Origin: Trichoplax sp. H2 | Taxonomy: Eukaryota | NCBI GenBank assembly: GCA_003344405.1 | Contig: NOWV01000204.1 | Coordinates: forward strand, 1 to 64,000 | DNA length: 64,000 nucleotides | Direction: 5' to 3' | Shown: positions 1 to 23,099 of the stretch, piece by piece | How the letters are laid out: the number at the start of each line of letters is the position of its first letter | How positions within the stretch are numbered: the first letter of the stretch is position 1 | Notes under the pieces: generated by a model | Seen by the model: only the letters and a program-made list of their open reading frames with translations | Database searches by the model: none | What the model was told of the DNA's origin: nothing | Made by a program: the position numbers and the translations under genes

Positions 1-60
1 AAAGCGAACACTCAAGTCAATATGGAAAAGCACAAGATAATAGCAGACAACAGCGCCAAG
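1..60 (+). CDS. Probable exon fragment of a gene entering from upstream of the window
   Basis: Ends at a consensus donor AAG|gtaagt at 60/61. Product and connection to the death-domain exon are unresolved, because its phase does not match directly. Confidence 0.35.
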
Positions 61-1819
61 GTAAGTCTATATACAGCATTGAATCAGTTGACTAATTGGA
101 TAATATTGCACACTGACTTACTGGCTCAAGTTCGCAAATGTATCTGAATTCAATAAACGATCATTCCGTGTAAACAATGATATTCAAACATAAGAAAAAG
201 TATAGTCTGTTCGAGTAGATTAGTCGGTAAAGCCAATACTATATTGCTAAATTGAAGGGGCAAGTTGATGATAAAATTAAGCGGCGATCGATTTTAATTA
301 CTGTTTTTACTTTAGATAAAAAGTTTTGAAGTAACTTTGTCCAAATACGACATCATCTTGAATCAATTTATTCATACCAGAGTTAAAACATGTAGCCAAT
401 GTCTCAACCATAAAGGGATCCAATAATTCAAACTCATTAAAACGCTACTTTTATGTTGTTTTATCACCGGTTATAATGAATGCAACATAAACAGTTCACG
501 TGTGCAAATACATTACTCAAAACGAGTATAATGCTTAGGTTGACAACAGAACTATGTTTTCTTTCACTTAACTTAAATTGTATATGATGTATTCACGGTA
601 ATTCTTGATCATATTTTTGATTGATCTAATTTGCAATTTTATATACGTCATAAAGGTTCCAGGTAACAAGTCTATGACTTTTTATATCACCTATATCCAA
701 GCCTTAATAACTCTAAAATTGCAAATTAAAAATAGTCAATCGCGATTAGTAGACAAAGGTGTATCCAAACATGTTCGTCTAGTCGAAAGGCTATCCATTC
801 GTCCTATCCTTCATAGTTTTAAAATCGAATCTTTAGTTATTCTTCAATAACTAGACATAACCATTACTAATTAGCTATAAGGTTGCAATAGCTTATTCTA
901 TCAACTATAAATCGAACACCCATAAGTTGATAGAGCATTATCGTCAATATTCAGTCATTAGCAGATAATCATATAGAGGGAAATGAATTATTAAAAGGTC
1001 AACGTTTAGTCAGTATAACAAAACAAATTTCATTCAAGTAATACGAATACAGAAGTAGAATAAAATCGTATAATAAATATTCACACAGAATCAAATCGTA
1101 TTCTTGCGTCTGCAACTACGACAATTCATGCTTCTAAAACTCATCAATCAAGGCAAGAATAGCATGTACAGTATCATCAAGGGAAATACCTTTTTTAACA
1201 TTTTCTATTCTAGATTTGTTCAATATCATTATTAGATGGATGATATCAATACTTCAAATTCTGGTCATCGTACATCATCACTGACAAAGACAATAACATA
1301 TAAATATAGAATTTTATTTGTTTTCAGCTTGATAACACCTAATATTCAAACAGAATGAGCTTTGAAGTAGCATTACATAATGAAAACTTTGCCAGCCACC
1401 AAGATAATAGATCATTTTTAATTGAAGTCCTAATCTGTAAGGAAACCTTATTATTTCTTTTCATTGAGAAACATCAATCATTCTTACCAATATAAGATCT
1501 GACAGCTTTCCAGCCACTAGAATTGAACGATCTTAAACAGAAAACAAGTAGTTATACGAATACGTATAACGTGCAAAACGAAATATCTAAATCAATGTTA
1601 TTTCCATCAATTAATATGTTAGTAACATAGTAAAGATATAACAGCTACATCATTATGTTTTAATTACTTTCTAAAATGCTTGAATCAACAAGCGAAAATT
1701 GATTATATTTTGAAATAATAATGTCGAAATAAACGAATTAGCATCGCAATTATATTATGCAGTAGCAGTATAAGTTGCTTATGCATGCAGTTTTTATTAA
1801 TTAAATACGACTACCGAAC

Positions 1820-2595
1820 ATGCAATATTTACGGTAGGTACTAGTGAACCACGTACAAAATATAGATCGAGTAGTGGTTATGTTAGTATTTTGCTGTAGA
1901 TGAAAACAAATTGATATCCAGTTTATACATTATAATAATAATTGGATTTCGTAAAGCATCAGTGAAAATATGTGCATGACCAACACGTACTTCTTTATTC
2001 TCTCTATCCATCTACTCCCCTTAAAAGAATATGATCATTACATGCATCATTAGAAAGTACGAATAGTTCAATGTTATGGCTTACGATATTAATTACAAGT
2101 TAACCAAACAACCTGTACGCGATTCATTAGATTCTACTTGTGCACTCCGGCTACTTTTACATACACGATACATATACAGTTCAAGTTTGTTTTATTTTAT
2201 ATTTCGCATTTGATCAATATGGCAAAGTCGAGCATTTACAAGCTATCATTTAATATCGGTTATAAGTTTCATTTAAGAGTATATCTTGTTTCATTGTTTG
2301 CATTTTAATTTATCTGCGATATTAATGTAATGTTATAGATCCAAAGAAGCACTTTTTCCAAACTGCAAATACAATTGGTTTGGATTGGACAAGATTGGCT
2401 GCAACTTTGGATCAATCCATCGATGTCGATAGTATTAAAGATAAAGAAAGTAAGGTTTTTGACCAAGCGATGAAATTTCTCAACAAGTGGTATAATAAAA
2501 ATTATCCAAATGTAAATGTTGATCAGCTTCAAGCAGCTTTACGACGAATAGATAGGAACGATATTGCTTTGGCTATTAAGCCCACTAAGACATGA
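1820..2595 (+). CDS. Death-domain protein (terminal exon 2339-2595; candidate first exon 1820-1833)
   Basis: After acceptor ttatag| the exon reads SKEALFQTANTIGLDWTRLAATL...DQAMKFLNKW...VDQLQAALRRIDRNDIA, the death-domain pattern (IG.DW..LA..L; L..W; L..AL..I.R.D). ATGCAATATTTACG|gtaggt at 1820 is phase-compatible. Confidence 0.75.
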
Positions 2596-3929
2596 AAATA
2601 TTGTTGCGTAATGGCATATTTTTCAGTGTAATGCTTGTCTTTCGAATAGTAAGTACGATATTATAGATTGAGAAATTGATTATAACTATTAATCCTATTA
2701 AGAACGGAACTGTATTCGTACATGTGGTCGATATTGCGCTTTATTTAACAACTACTTGAAATCGATTAAATTCTATTTCTTTATAAATGAAGTAAAAAAC
2801 TTAAGCAAATTTAATACTCTTTACACTTTGTATTAAGGCTATCATCAGTCATAAAGTAATTTTCAGCTAATTTGTATATCAATTATCGAGTGTAGTGTGC
2901 AGTTGTACAGCCTCTATGAGATGAAAGAGGAAAGCAAACTAGACTTGATTTGTTAAATACCATCAAAAATTTACTAGTATTAATTTTACTATTGTCTTTT
3001 CTTTTCGCATACTTATTTGGAGTCTGGTTGTATCTATTTACACTTGTATTCGTTCTGTATTCTTATTCGACTGCTTTGGCTTAAATAGCGTGTAGTAAGC
3101 TAATTCTAAGGCTCCAACATAAAATCAGACTATCAAGATTTATATAACCATGTTCAATTTTATTACAAGGAAAAACAAACTGTAGCTGTATCTGCAACAA
3201 ACTAGCAACAAGAACCCCTCGATGCATATGCTAATAAACCTAGCACATGTCCTGTTAAGTAATTACAGTGAAAATCCGATTCCTTTAATGATGTTACCAC
3301 ATGAAAATGTTGTAGCAACCTACAGCGTACTCTAAGCCTGAATCTAGACTGTACTCTAAGCATGATTTGATATCGACAGTGCCAGCGTGGCGAGTGGATT
3401 CTAAACCATTTGAGTTCACAATCACTAACTCAAAATTTAAGTTATTAAAATGGAGCAAATCTCTAACTTGATACAATTAGGCAGATACCGTCTTTAGCGT
3501 TAACGTATCGTTAGTGCTACTGCTCGTTGCGTTACTACTGTATTCGTATAGCTGAAATCTCTGCAACCAGAGCAACTTCTGTTTCAATCATTCAGTATCA
3601 GATTATTCACATATTAGTCAATAAAATCATTTTATAACGGCCAAATCAATTTCTTCGCTCAATATAGTGAATACAATATATTTCAACTATATGTTTGCCA
3701 AACCGATACAAATAATTGACCATCATCTAGCAGGAGTAACCGTAACTAACTGCTCTATACTAGTAACATTATTACTTATTCGATCTACAAATCATGAATT
3801 ACATATGCTTGACTGGAAATACTACTAGCTTAGTCATCTAACATAGGCACATAGAGGTAAAGCAGTAACCATGTACTTATTAACATCCACCACTTGCTTT
3901 CATTATTATTGCATATGCTCGCATATACA

Positions 3930-4970
3930 ATAATTAACTACTTTTTCCAATCCTACCAGGATATCGGAATCCGGGGAAGTTATTATTCTAATAACCAGTT
4001 CAACTTCACTCATATTGCGGCAGTCCATACGATATCCACAAATCAACTAATTGTATAAAATCGAAATAAAAGCATTAGAAAATACATTGAAAATAAGCAT
4101 ACGAAAGCAAACTACGTTATTAGACCAATTATAAATGCCGCTTTGCTTAGGAAGCATGAAATTTATGCAGATTACCCTAGACATTAGCAGTTACATTTCC
4201 AATTCTGCTATGCGTCTGCCAAGGCACGTTCTTGGCCCCTAACTAAATACCGTACGGCTAAGAGGATTAAAACGATATTGAGAGGACGATGTTATCCATC
4301 TTTTAGGCTTTATCTTTGTTGGCTGATCATGAAACCGTTCATCAAATGGCATCATATGGTAACCGAAAATATCCTAGTCTGGAAACAATTTTTAGATATA
4401 CCATTGAAGTTTTGGATGATATTCAGAGTAGATACAACGAAATTAATTATTATTGTAAATCGATGATCAATTCGATATAGTATCTTAATTTAGCAAGTTG
4501 ATAATAGTAATTAATGAGCTCAATGCTTTCAACAATAAATCTACTATTAATCTCAATCAGTTGCATAATAACTTTACAGTAATCGTATAACATGGAAGAG
4601 AACATTGCTTACTGCATATACTTTACAGTACAATATTTAGCAATATACCTCGGCCGAAACTTGATACAAACCTAATACTGGGTCTTTATCAAGAATTCCA
4701 ATAGTTACAACAGCAATCAGATATATGCTAGTTGTTGTTTAAACATACAATTCGGATATGGTGAAATTACTTTTATTAAACAATATCTATTCTACTCTAA
4801 CATACCGTTCGCTTTGCTTTAGTAGATCTCTTAGGTACAACATCTTTTAAACAGATAAACTAGCAGGATATTTTCCTTTCTTCAGTACACGGCGTATCTC
4901 TTGGTATAACTTTTCTTGAATGTCAGGATGTTTGCCCAATATACAGTGTCCACAGCACTGTGTTGGCTGA
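3930..4970 (-). pseudogene. Cytochrome P450 pseudogene, 3' exons, mitochondrial-clan-like
   Basis: Reads SANTVLWTLY[frameshift]LGKHPDIQEKLYQEI...SV*KMLYLRDLLKQSER (ExxR broken), then ILDKDPVLGLYQV, KPKRW (PERF region) and the heme motif FS*GPRTCLGRRIAELEM*. It has in-frame stops, a frameshift and no 5' exons. The 3' boundary is approximate. Confidence 0.85.
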
Positions 4971-5099
4971 CTATATACTGTAGACACGCATGGATATTGG
5001 CAAAATACTACTTGCAATTGCTATCAAAAACAAGCGTGGTAAATGACTGACATACTAAAGTTATCGTTACTACACGTAGTAAAATTGAAATAATTTTCA

Positions 5100-8000
5100 A
5101 TATTACGAAATCCCCTTTAAAGAATGGTACACATACGAAAGAGGTCTAATTTCATCTGGAAAGACAAGACCATCTCTTTTGGACAATCTTATCAATGTCA
5201 ATTGCTTTTGATGATATCCATTACTTTTGAGTAGCGTTCGTAAAGACCAAATGAACGGTAAACCATCAGGTTTAGGCATCTCTTGCACAGGTTAGGCTTT
5301 CATGATATTCATTATTGTTGCTCTCGGGTGTTTCATGTGTGATTTCGGCTGTTGACTGGAATACAACTATATTGAGCAAAAACAGGTCCAATGGTAATGA
5401 ATGATGCCGGTGATCTTTGGCACAGTTGTATTAGTATTGTAATGGTGATGAAAGAAGAATGATTCCTTATTATTCCTATACTCCATCTTGCTAAATACCT
5501 TTCCAAATAGGATGATTTAGCTGACTCGGATTTCTTTCACGGATTCGAGTAGTCTTCAACCCGTGCTCTAGCTGCAGCTGCCCGTGGTTCGCTTCTGATA
5601 TTGCCGGCTTGGGAAATGTTCAAGCCGGCATAAATTACATGGCGATGAAAAACAGAAGCAGTGCAGTCAATCACTGTAATACAACCATTATTGAGCAAAA
5701 CAGGTCCAATAGTAATGAGTGATGCTAGTGATCTTTGGCACAGTTGTATTAGTATTGCAATGGTGATGAAAGAAGAATGATTCCTTATTACTCCTATACT
5801 CCATCGTGCTAAATGCCTTCCAAATAAGATGATTTTGCAGACTCGATTTCTTTTCGCGAATTGGAATAGTCTTCAATCCGTGGTTCGCTTCTGATATTGC
5901 CGGCTTGGGAAATGTTCAAGCCGGCATGAATTACATGGCGATGAAAAATGGAAACAGAGTTGACTATAATACTTGTACAACCATTATTGAACAAAACAGA
6001 TCCAATAGTGATGAATGATGCCAGTGATCTTTGGCACAGTTGTACTAGTATTGCAATGGTGATGAAAGAAGAATGATTCCCTATTACTCCTATACTCCAT
6101 CGTGCTAAATACCTTTCCAAATAAGATGATTTTGCAGACTCGATTTCTTTCGCGGATTGGAATAGTTTTCAATCCGTGCTCCAGCTGCAGCTGCCCGTGG
6201 TTCGCTTCTGATATTGCCGGCTTGGGAAACGTTCAAGCCAGCATGAATTACATAGCGATGAACAATGAAAGCAGTACAATCACTGTCAGTACCAAATATA
6301 CCTCTACAAGCAATCATGGCGTAGAATTTCAGCTTAGAAATTGTCGAGATCGGGATCGCAAAAGTAAAATGGAGGTCGCTGTTATGCCAGTAATGGCAGC
6401 TTTTGGTGTGGTTACTTCTTGCTATAGCAGATCGACTTGATTCGATATTTTTATAGGAATTTCTATCAACTATTTTGAGTGTATGGGGTAGTATACTGAT
6501 TTCGAATGCCACACCCTTGACAGGCGAGCACACCGATCCAAATCTGCAAGACCTGATGCTTGCCCGACGGCATGATCTGAATACGATCTCATACTGTATA
6601 CTATATCGTAACACGGTACATGCGTTGTAACCCTGTCTTTCCACTGCCAACTTGGTAGGGGTGATGTAACTTGGATGGTGAAAGGTGGTGTGGCAGATGG
6701 AGTGATTATGCGCAGTCCATTGCAATGCTATCGCCATCATGGCTTGCAGTCTTTTCTCGAACATGGCGATCAAATCACTGGTTAACTTGCAATTAAATAG
6801 AAATGCATTCAATTTGGTACTTAGAACGATGGGCAATCTACCTGTCTTCATCGTTCATGACAATAGAACGACATCCAAACGTTGGTTGAACTGCAAGAGC
6901 AACGTTAAAAGAACCATCGGTAAGTTGGAGAGTAGCGAGTCCGTAGTCCATCAATACAGTACTGTATAATAAGTAAGTGGCTTAGGTGTACTATGATCAT
7001 CATCAACGATGTTGAGCCATGGAAAGGATTGCTTGCAATGCTTTCCTACTAGAGTATTGAGTTAGACTGTTAGAAGATGAGATAGGATCGAGATAATGCT
7101 GTCGAAGTGTACAGTGATTATAGGCGAGGAGATGAATTAGGTGCTTAATCATCATCTCCATCATCATATGGAGCATGCGACCATGGCGTACTACAGTCGT
7201 TTTTCGCCATGCCCATCGTCTAGGCAACATTAATCATGCCATGGAAGTCATCAGTTGATAGCTTTCCATCATAAATAGACTTGTCTGTCCATTTTCTATA
7301 TCTTACGAGTATCATTAGGAATGGTTATCGAGAGTACGATCAAGTTGATGTAGAATTGTATTCGACTCTACAACGTTGTATGAGGTGATAGAATAATGTT
7401 GCAGATGAGTTGCATACTGTTACCGTAGAATATCGAGTGCAGTAGTGATAGTTTGAAGGAAACCAGCTACCGCAATGACTACCTAGAGCCTTGTAACACC
7501 AGCATCTGTTTTTATATAGAATCATAACGATTAGTCGTTAAATAGCAATGCTGTACACTTGATTCCAGCAGATGATTAGATTCCCTATTACCATGAAAGT
7601 GATTTACGTTCTACTTAACCAGCAAGAGATTACAACGACCAGGCAAGGAACCAACTCAAGATAGAATCAATCAAGTTCAATTTGGTTCCATCATAATGCT
7701 ATGATTCTGTGTCATGGCAGCCACTCACAGCCGCTAGTGCTGTATTAAATTGTGATAGAATCGGTTAGCTTCAAGGAGTTGATCCCCTATCGATCATACT
7801 GTACGTATATTCGGTGAAAGTACATGAGGAGCTACTATATATTAATTCTAATCAAGAGTTAATCATGTTTCCGGGCCACAACTCGTACTAATAGATTGTT
7901 CTAGTATTGGAACGAAGCCGTTATAGAATCAAGTTCAATTACGTTTTTCCTACCAATTATGTAAGTAATGGATGCTATGCTAAGCTTAGGAATTACTTCA

Positions 8001-8250
8001 GCGATCATCTGGCTTAGCCCAACTTATATCAGCAAATTGCTCTATGGCTGAAATCAAACTAGGATAGAGTTGATGAAGTTCAATCACAAGATTCCCTATT
8101 TATAATTATCATTGCAGGAGTATTGCTATGCTACAGTAAGTCATAACAATACCTTTGAAGCGATCTTGTATCTTGGTCTTAACGCGAAGTCGTAATTAAT
8201 GTAAATTTGGCCAAATTAAGTTAAATGATCCTCTCCGATCATGCGCTTAT
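5100..8250 (+). mobile_element. Highly decayed Penelope-like retroelement remnant (RT + GIY-YIG)
   Basis: Intronless fragments in the expected order: IAM...PITPIL..KYL (RT motif B-like, ~6050-6115), NHGVEF...TSCYSRST (like HPNIKF...TSVYRKPT, ~6310-6437), IPYRSYCTYI-GES (like C..C...YIGE, ~7782-7825). Many stops and frameshifts; boundaries approximate. Confidence 0.45.
5360..6287. repeat. Tandem repeat, 3 copies of ~300-320 bp
   Basis: The anchor attgagcaaaacaggtccaat recurs at ~5371, 5690 and 5986. Confidence 0.95.
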
Positions 8251-8803
8251 AATGACTTCATTATGGTACAACGCTTAATCAAGATAATAGTACAACGTTG
8301 ACGTTTCTAGGCGGTAATATTTATACCTGCAGATTTCTACAACATTCGAATCGATCAGGTGGAATAGATTATGCTCTGCCAGTCATACGCATACAAGCAA
8401 TCACTTATAAGGCTATACTCAATCCAGACCATTCTTGAATGATTAAATTTTTGCCTGCAATTCATACCTGTAAATTTCTCTGGTATCTAAATGAATTCAT
8501 GACAGAATTATTCAAACTAGATTGAACTCTTTTCTATTGTACACGTTAACTCATTCAAGATGATACTGATACAGTCAAATTTCTTATCTGCCATTCATTT
8601 CAGCAAATTGCTTCAATGTTGTAGTGAAATGAAGATAGAATCCATGGAAAAAAAAATTAAACTATTCTCTACCCGTCATAAAATGAGCTCAGCTCGATTC
8701 CATTGTAGTGGTTATCATTGGTAGCATAAAAGTTAAACTGTATTTGATAATCAACTGCAGATTCTTTGCTATCGTTTAGGCTATAATAAATGATGAACGA
8801 TTC

Positions 8804-11800
8804 ATGACCATGCTGCAACTAGAGCAGTTTACTTACAGAAAGAGTAATAATTTCAATTGCTTTAGAATCAACGTGATCATTATCGTATCCCTATGATGTT
8901 GACATCTTTTGTCATTTTTGAAATATTGTTGACATTGATCATGGGTCTTCTATTGCAGATCAGTCACCTTACCATGGCTTAACTTATTCATCATCCAAGC
9001 AAATCCATACAACAGGTAATCGTACACATTGCATCTTATTACAAATTAAAATAAATACCGATATTTAATAAAAAAATCCTCGCTTCGATTTACTTCGACA
9101 CTACGTTGATTAAAATTGATATTATTGATTTTTGCCTTTAAAAGTATGTTGCGCTAACTTTACTGTACGCTATAATATTGCTACAAATTAAACTAGTATA
9201 CTACTATAATTGATCTTGACAGCATCTAGGTATAATAAAGATTATTATAAGGTTTTGGGCATATCCAGGAATGCCTCTGCAGATGAAATCAAGAAAGCGT
9301 ATTATAAGGTAAAGCTTTTCGCTATAATCGATACTGGGTTCGATCTAGTTTATCATGATCTCAACCTGTCGTATAGTAGAGAATAATAAGATATAAGCAT
9401 TTTTTACGACATAAAGGCATATTTATCAGAAATTTTTGGTAATAAAACGATATATTTGTATCGTATCGGAATTGTCTTGACGTTATAATTGATTGATTGA
9501 ATAAACTTTGTGAATATTGTGTCTTGAACTATAGCTGGCCAAGCGGTATCATCCTGATAGAAACAAAGATGATAAAGAAGCTGCAAAGAAATTTACAGAA
9601 ATTAGCGAAGCTTACGAGGTAGGAAGTTATTGACATTAATACATTATGGAGACAGACATTCAAAGCCTTAGTAATGGATTAGAGATTATTGGTAATAGTA
9701 TAAATAACCAATGTTAATAAATTAATAGTTGTTGCGAAAGCAAATACAATTTCCGTATTCTAAATTATTTCAATATGTTTATTTTTATCGTATTTACATT
9801 AGATATTGAGCGATGCAAGCAAGCGATCCCAATATGACCAGTATGGAACAGCTTTTTCGGGTGGTGGTGCCGGTGCTGGTGGCGCAGGTAGAAACTTTGT
9901 CGCATATTGTATACAGTAATTACGGCCTGTTAAGTCATAACTGCAACAATTTATATATTATTCTATATAATTCTCCAGTATCAATAGAGAAATATATGAT
10001 ATCGAAATAACTTTTTGGCGATATTATTATCTTGAGTATTTTTCTGATTAATATTCGTGCACGCGCTTTTTTTATCACTAATTAAAGGTTATTCGCAAGC
10101 GAGTGCTGAAGACATATTCAAAGAATTTTTTAGTCGTGATGGTCCATTTAGAGGTTTTACTGATTTTGGTGGTTCTCAATTTACAGATAGCACTCAGGTA
10201 TGAAGCTACAGTATTTATGAAGATTAATGTATGTTGTGCCTTAAATTCAACTTTGTTATCTTGTTACTATTGTGTCATGATGGTAATTACACTACTTGAC
10301 TTGGCTATGCCCTACGCGATGCCTTTTCCTTTATAAAACTCTAAAAATGCATATGCTTTAATACTTTAAATTTCAATCCATAGTTTCTACTACGCCTAAC
10401 CTTTATGGAAGCTGTTAAAGGCTGCCGTAAAGAAATTGAAATTCCTATCAGTGCCAATTGCGATAGATGTAAAGGTTCTGGTTCAGAACCTGGTAGTAAA
10501 ATTGTAACATGCACTACGTGTAATGGGACTGGCCAGGTAATTTATTTCAATCTCAATTAAATAGGAAATATCCTTAGCTATCTCATTTATAAAGCATAGT
10601 AATGGTAAATTGTTCTTGCCTAATGTAATGATTTACGCTATTACATTTAAATTATAGCAATATATACAAACTGGCATTTTTAATATGGCTGCAACTTGCC
10701 AAAGGTGTGGCGGAAGAGGTCGCATAGTTACTAAACCATGTAGAAGCTGTAGAGGTCGTGGCACTGTAAAGAAACGCGAGCGAATTTCTGTACATGTACC
10801 TCCAGGTTGATATTTTTAATTACGATCTATGGCTTAATCATAGATAGTTTTCTTAATTGATTATTATCTTCGTTGTTGTTATTAGGTGTTCAAAAAGGAC
10901 AAGCTATGGGAATACCTATTAGCAAATCTGAAGAAGTATCTGTTGTTTTTGAGGTTAGTTGCAATTATAACTGATTTAATTTATTTCTGTATTTATTTAA
11001 ATGGATTTTTTTGCGAACGCTTTCTTAATCGTAGTCTTTGGAGTTATAGCTGCTGTATTAATAGAATATTTATGTCCTAATCGTACTAATATCTCCTGAT
11101 GTAGGTATCAGAAAGCAGCGTATTCGAACGTGATGGTTACAACATACATTCGGAAATTGAAATTTCAGTTACTCAGGTATTTTACTCTTATTTGAAGCTG
11201 TCATACTTTGGTTTTGTACGTGACCAAGAGATTTATGTATGGATGGGCGAAGATAATTTCTATATTTCAATCATTGCTCGGTATAGGCTATACTTGGTGG
11301 TACTATCAGGGTTGATGGAATTCATGGCGCAGTTAATATTAAGGTAATAATTTCTAGGCTTACGATTTTACGAATTATTGGAGATTTTTGTCTGTGTAAC
11401 TTAGATATGGAATATATTAGCATTATTATGTTCTTATTACAATAGATCCCGCGTGGAACTCATTCTCATGAAACGATTAAATTATCCCAGCGTGGTGTGC
11501 AAAAATTACAGAGTACTGGGAAAGGAGATCATTTTGTTCATATTAAGATCAAAGTGCCACGGTATTTAAAGATGAGATTACATAACATTTTATGCACTGA
11601 TAATATGCAGTATTGCAACGACCTCTAAATTTTCTCACCATTAGCAGTTCTACTCCTGTGCTATTTATTTCGGTATAATTTATTTAAATTTACTAAAATA
11701 TCATTGTTATTGATTACTTGCAAAATTCCAGGTCTCTAACACCGAAACAGCAAGCATTAATTTCTGCCTTTGCCGAAGAAGAGAATGAACGCAAAGGTAC

Positions 11801-12064
11801 CGTAAACGATGTTAACGATTCACCAGGTAGGAAATTCTACTATATGATCGTAGAATACATTAAAGTTTTTTATTTATTCTGACTTTAAGGTAACTTGCGA
11901 AGGGTTATCTAATGCTTACACTTCAAATATTATACTTGTGTTTCATTTGTTATACAGAAAGCGAAAGTTGGCTAACGAAACTGAAGAGAACATTTGGATA
12001 TGATGATAGTCATGATCAGATAGAAGGTGAATATGACGAGAGGCGAGAAGAAAAGAAAAATTAA
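8804..12064 (+). CDS. DNAJA3: DnaJ/Hsp40 type A, mitochondrial Tid1-like (multi-exon; first exon uncertain, clear from 8959)
   Basis: QIHTTASR (end of a presequence-like region) is followed by the J-domain [31 protein letters not shown], four CxxCxGxG zinc motifs ([32 protein letters not shown]) and C-terminal QAILGG and [13 protein letters not shown]. Stop at 12062-12064. Confidence 0.9.
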
Positions 12065-14239
12065 ATACTGGCGTTTAACCTATTCATCACAGTTTCCAGA
12101 ATGTTTTTATTATACAGTACTGTTGTTTACATTATTGGCCAAATTTATACCATCTCATCAAGCGAAAAAATTTATGTATTGTCTGTTAATTCACTTGTAT
12201 CATAGACGATGTTGTGGATATTACAAGTTAATTATTTTAATACAATTTGCAAAATGATCAATGATTTCCACTAACTCTGAATGTTTATTTAATCACAGTT
12301 AGACAGCAATAGATTAAGTTGATTAATTGATTATATACAACGTACGTACGTATATCTACAAGACTGTAATACCTTTGCATAACTTATCGGCTCCATACTA
12401 CTGCAGTTTCATAAACTCACTGTCGTTCTAGGAATTAAAAATAAATATTAAGTTCAAATTTTATTCTGAAACTGTACTTGTAAACAAGTTGATCATTATG
12501 ATACTTGTATTATATTCTAGTAAAGTTGTCTTGATGTAGAGTGCGTTTATGGTATGCGTAGTGTGATTAATATGAGCTTGCTGATTAAGTACGCTACTAT
12601 AATCAGATGATTAAGATTCTCCGTTCACTTGACAATTTTTATCAGTTGCTACGCTTCTTACGGTATGTAATTCTGATTAGTTATAAATGATATCGGTATC
12701 ATATCTTACTGTTATGCCAAGTCTAAGCGGTAATTGAAGTTGCTGCATAAAAGAGTTACTTGTACAGCTTATTTAGTTTCTGACTTAAAATAAACGCTTT
12801 ATTTTCAATCTCTAAAAATGACCGTAATGCAATGGAATGAAAATGCAATGTGAAATACGGATGGAAATTCCTACTGTATTACGCTAGACGATCCTTGATG
12901 AGTAGGCTATTGGTTAGTATCGATATCATACATATGTTATTAATAGGAGTTAGAAACTCACAAATTGCTTTAAGAACTACATTAATGCAATGAGATTAAC
13001 ACCTATAGACATAATTTTTATTTCAGAAAATAAGTGAGATGTTATATAATGGCCAGGAATAAAACGAAAATCAATCATGCTAACACTTTTAATAAGTATC
13101 TTTATAGTACTACCAGAGTTAATTCAACCAAAATCGTACTTGTACATCAGATAACGCCATGAACCTTGTTTTATACCGCATTCTTCAATTTCAATTATTT
13201 TCTAGCTAAAAATGTGTTTATTTACGGTATCAAGTAGACCAAAATAAAAATATTTCATTTCGACCATTATAAATACATCAAAGAGGCAAATTTATAAGCC
13301 GGTAATTCTACATTAAGTGAATGACATCAGTTAATAATTGTATTAACTACATTATTAACTCACACTAATTGCACAAGTTTCAGCATCGTGTACAAGAATT
13401 ATTGTTGAGGATTATTTCACGTTTACATCATGCTACCAAAGCTAGTGTTTATCATCTGTTAAGATACCATTACTGCGTGAACTTACGATATGAAACATGT
13501 TGTCAGTAATATAAATATAATTTCTTTTAGCGATCAAGACCAACAACATGAAGCTATAAAAAAATACTATACGTACAACGATGTCAGCTCAGGAAATAGT
13601 GCGACGATAAATAGGCCAATTACATACGATGGCAGGCTTCTTTTATCATTGTCATTATTATGATATTAACTTGCGGATGTAGCAAACAAAGTGTAATGAC
13701 GGAAATACAGATATAACATTTTGCTAAAAATCTTCTGATAGGATAAAAGGTACACACCAGTTTAAAGTCTATCATATCTGCTCCGTAGTCAATTAACTAA
13801 TCGTAAGGTGAGCTAGGAATTAAAAAATAAAATATTTAAGACCAACCACCCTATCATATATGACATCAACAAGAAATATTCTTGCTTTCATCAATTTTTA
13901 GGAGAATTTTGCAGGTTGCCACAGGTAAATCAATACAAGTCATAGTAACGTTTCATCGGATAGGACTACGACACCGTTCATGTTTATAATGACTTAATGA
14001 GCTATATATACAAGCTTTTCACTGAATATCCATGAAACGCTAAAATTTACTAACAAATACACAAAAGCGAGCTAAACATAAACATTCATTCATTTTGTTG
14101 CATATTGTTTTAAAGAGCTAAATTTCATATACTGCAAATAACTATAATAATGCGATTTTTTTAAATACTAGTATTCATGAGATGAAATGAAAAGAAATGT
14201 ATTCACATGATCAATAATGCCTAAGCTGACTTCACGAAT

Positions 14240-23042
<8,803 letters not shown>

Positions 23043-23099
23043 GATTTCAATTTGTTTTTACTAGTACAGTACGTTTGAATGTGGATAATTTTCGATTGG

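Noticed and set aside
6105..6851. 248-aa minus-strand ORF as a real gene
   Set aside because: No recognisable domain; it runs into the tandem repeat and is antisense to the RT-like fragments.
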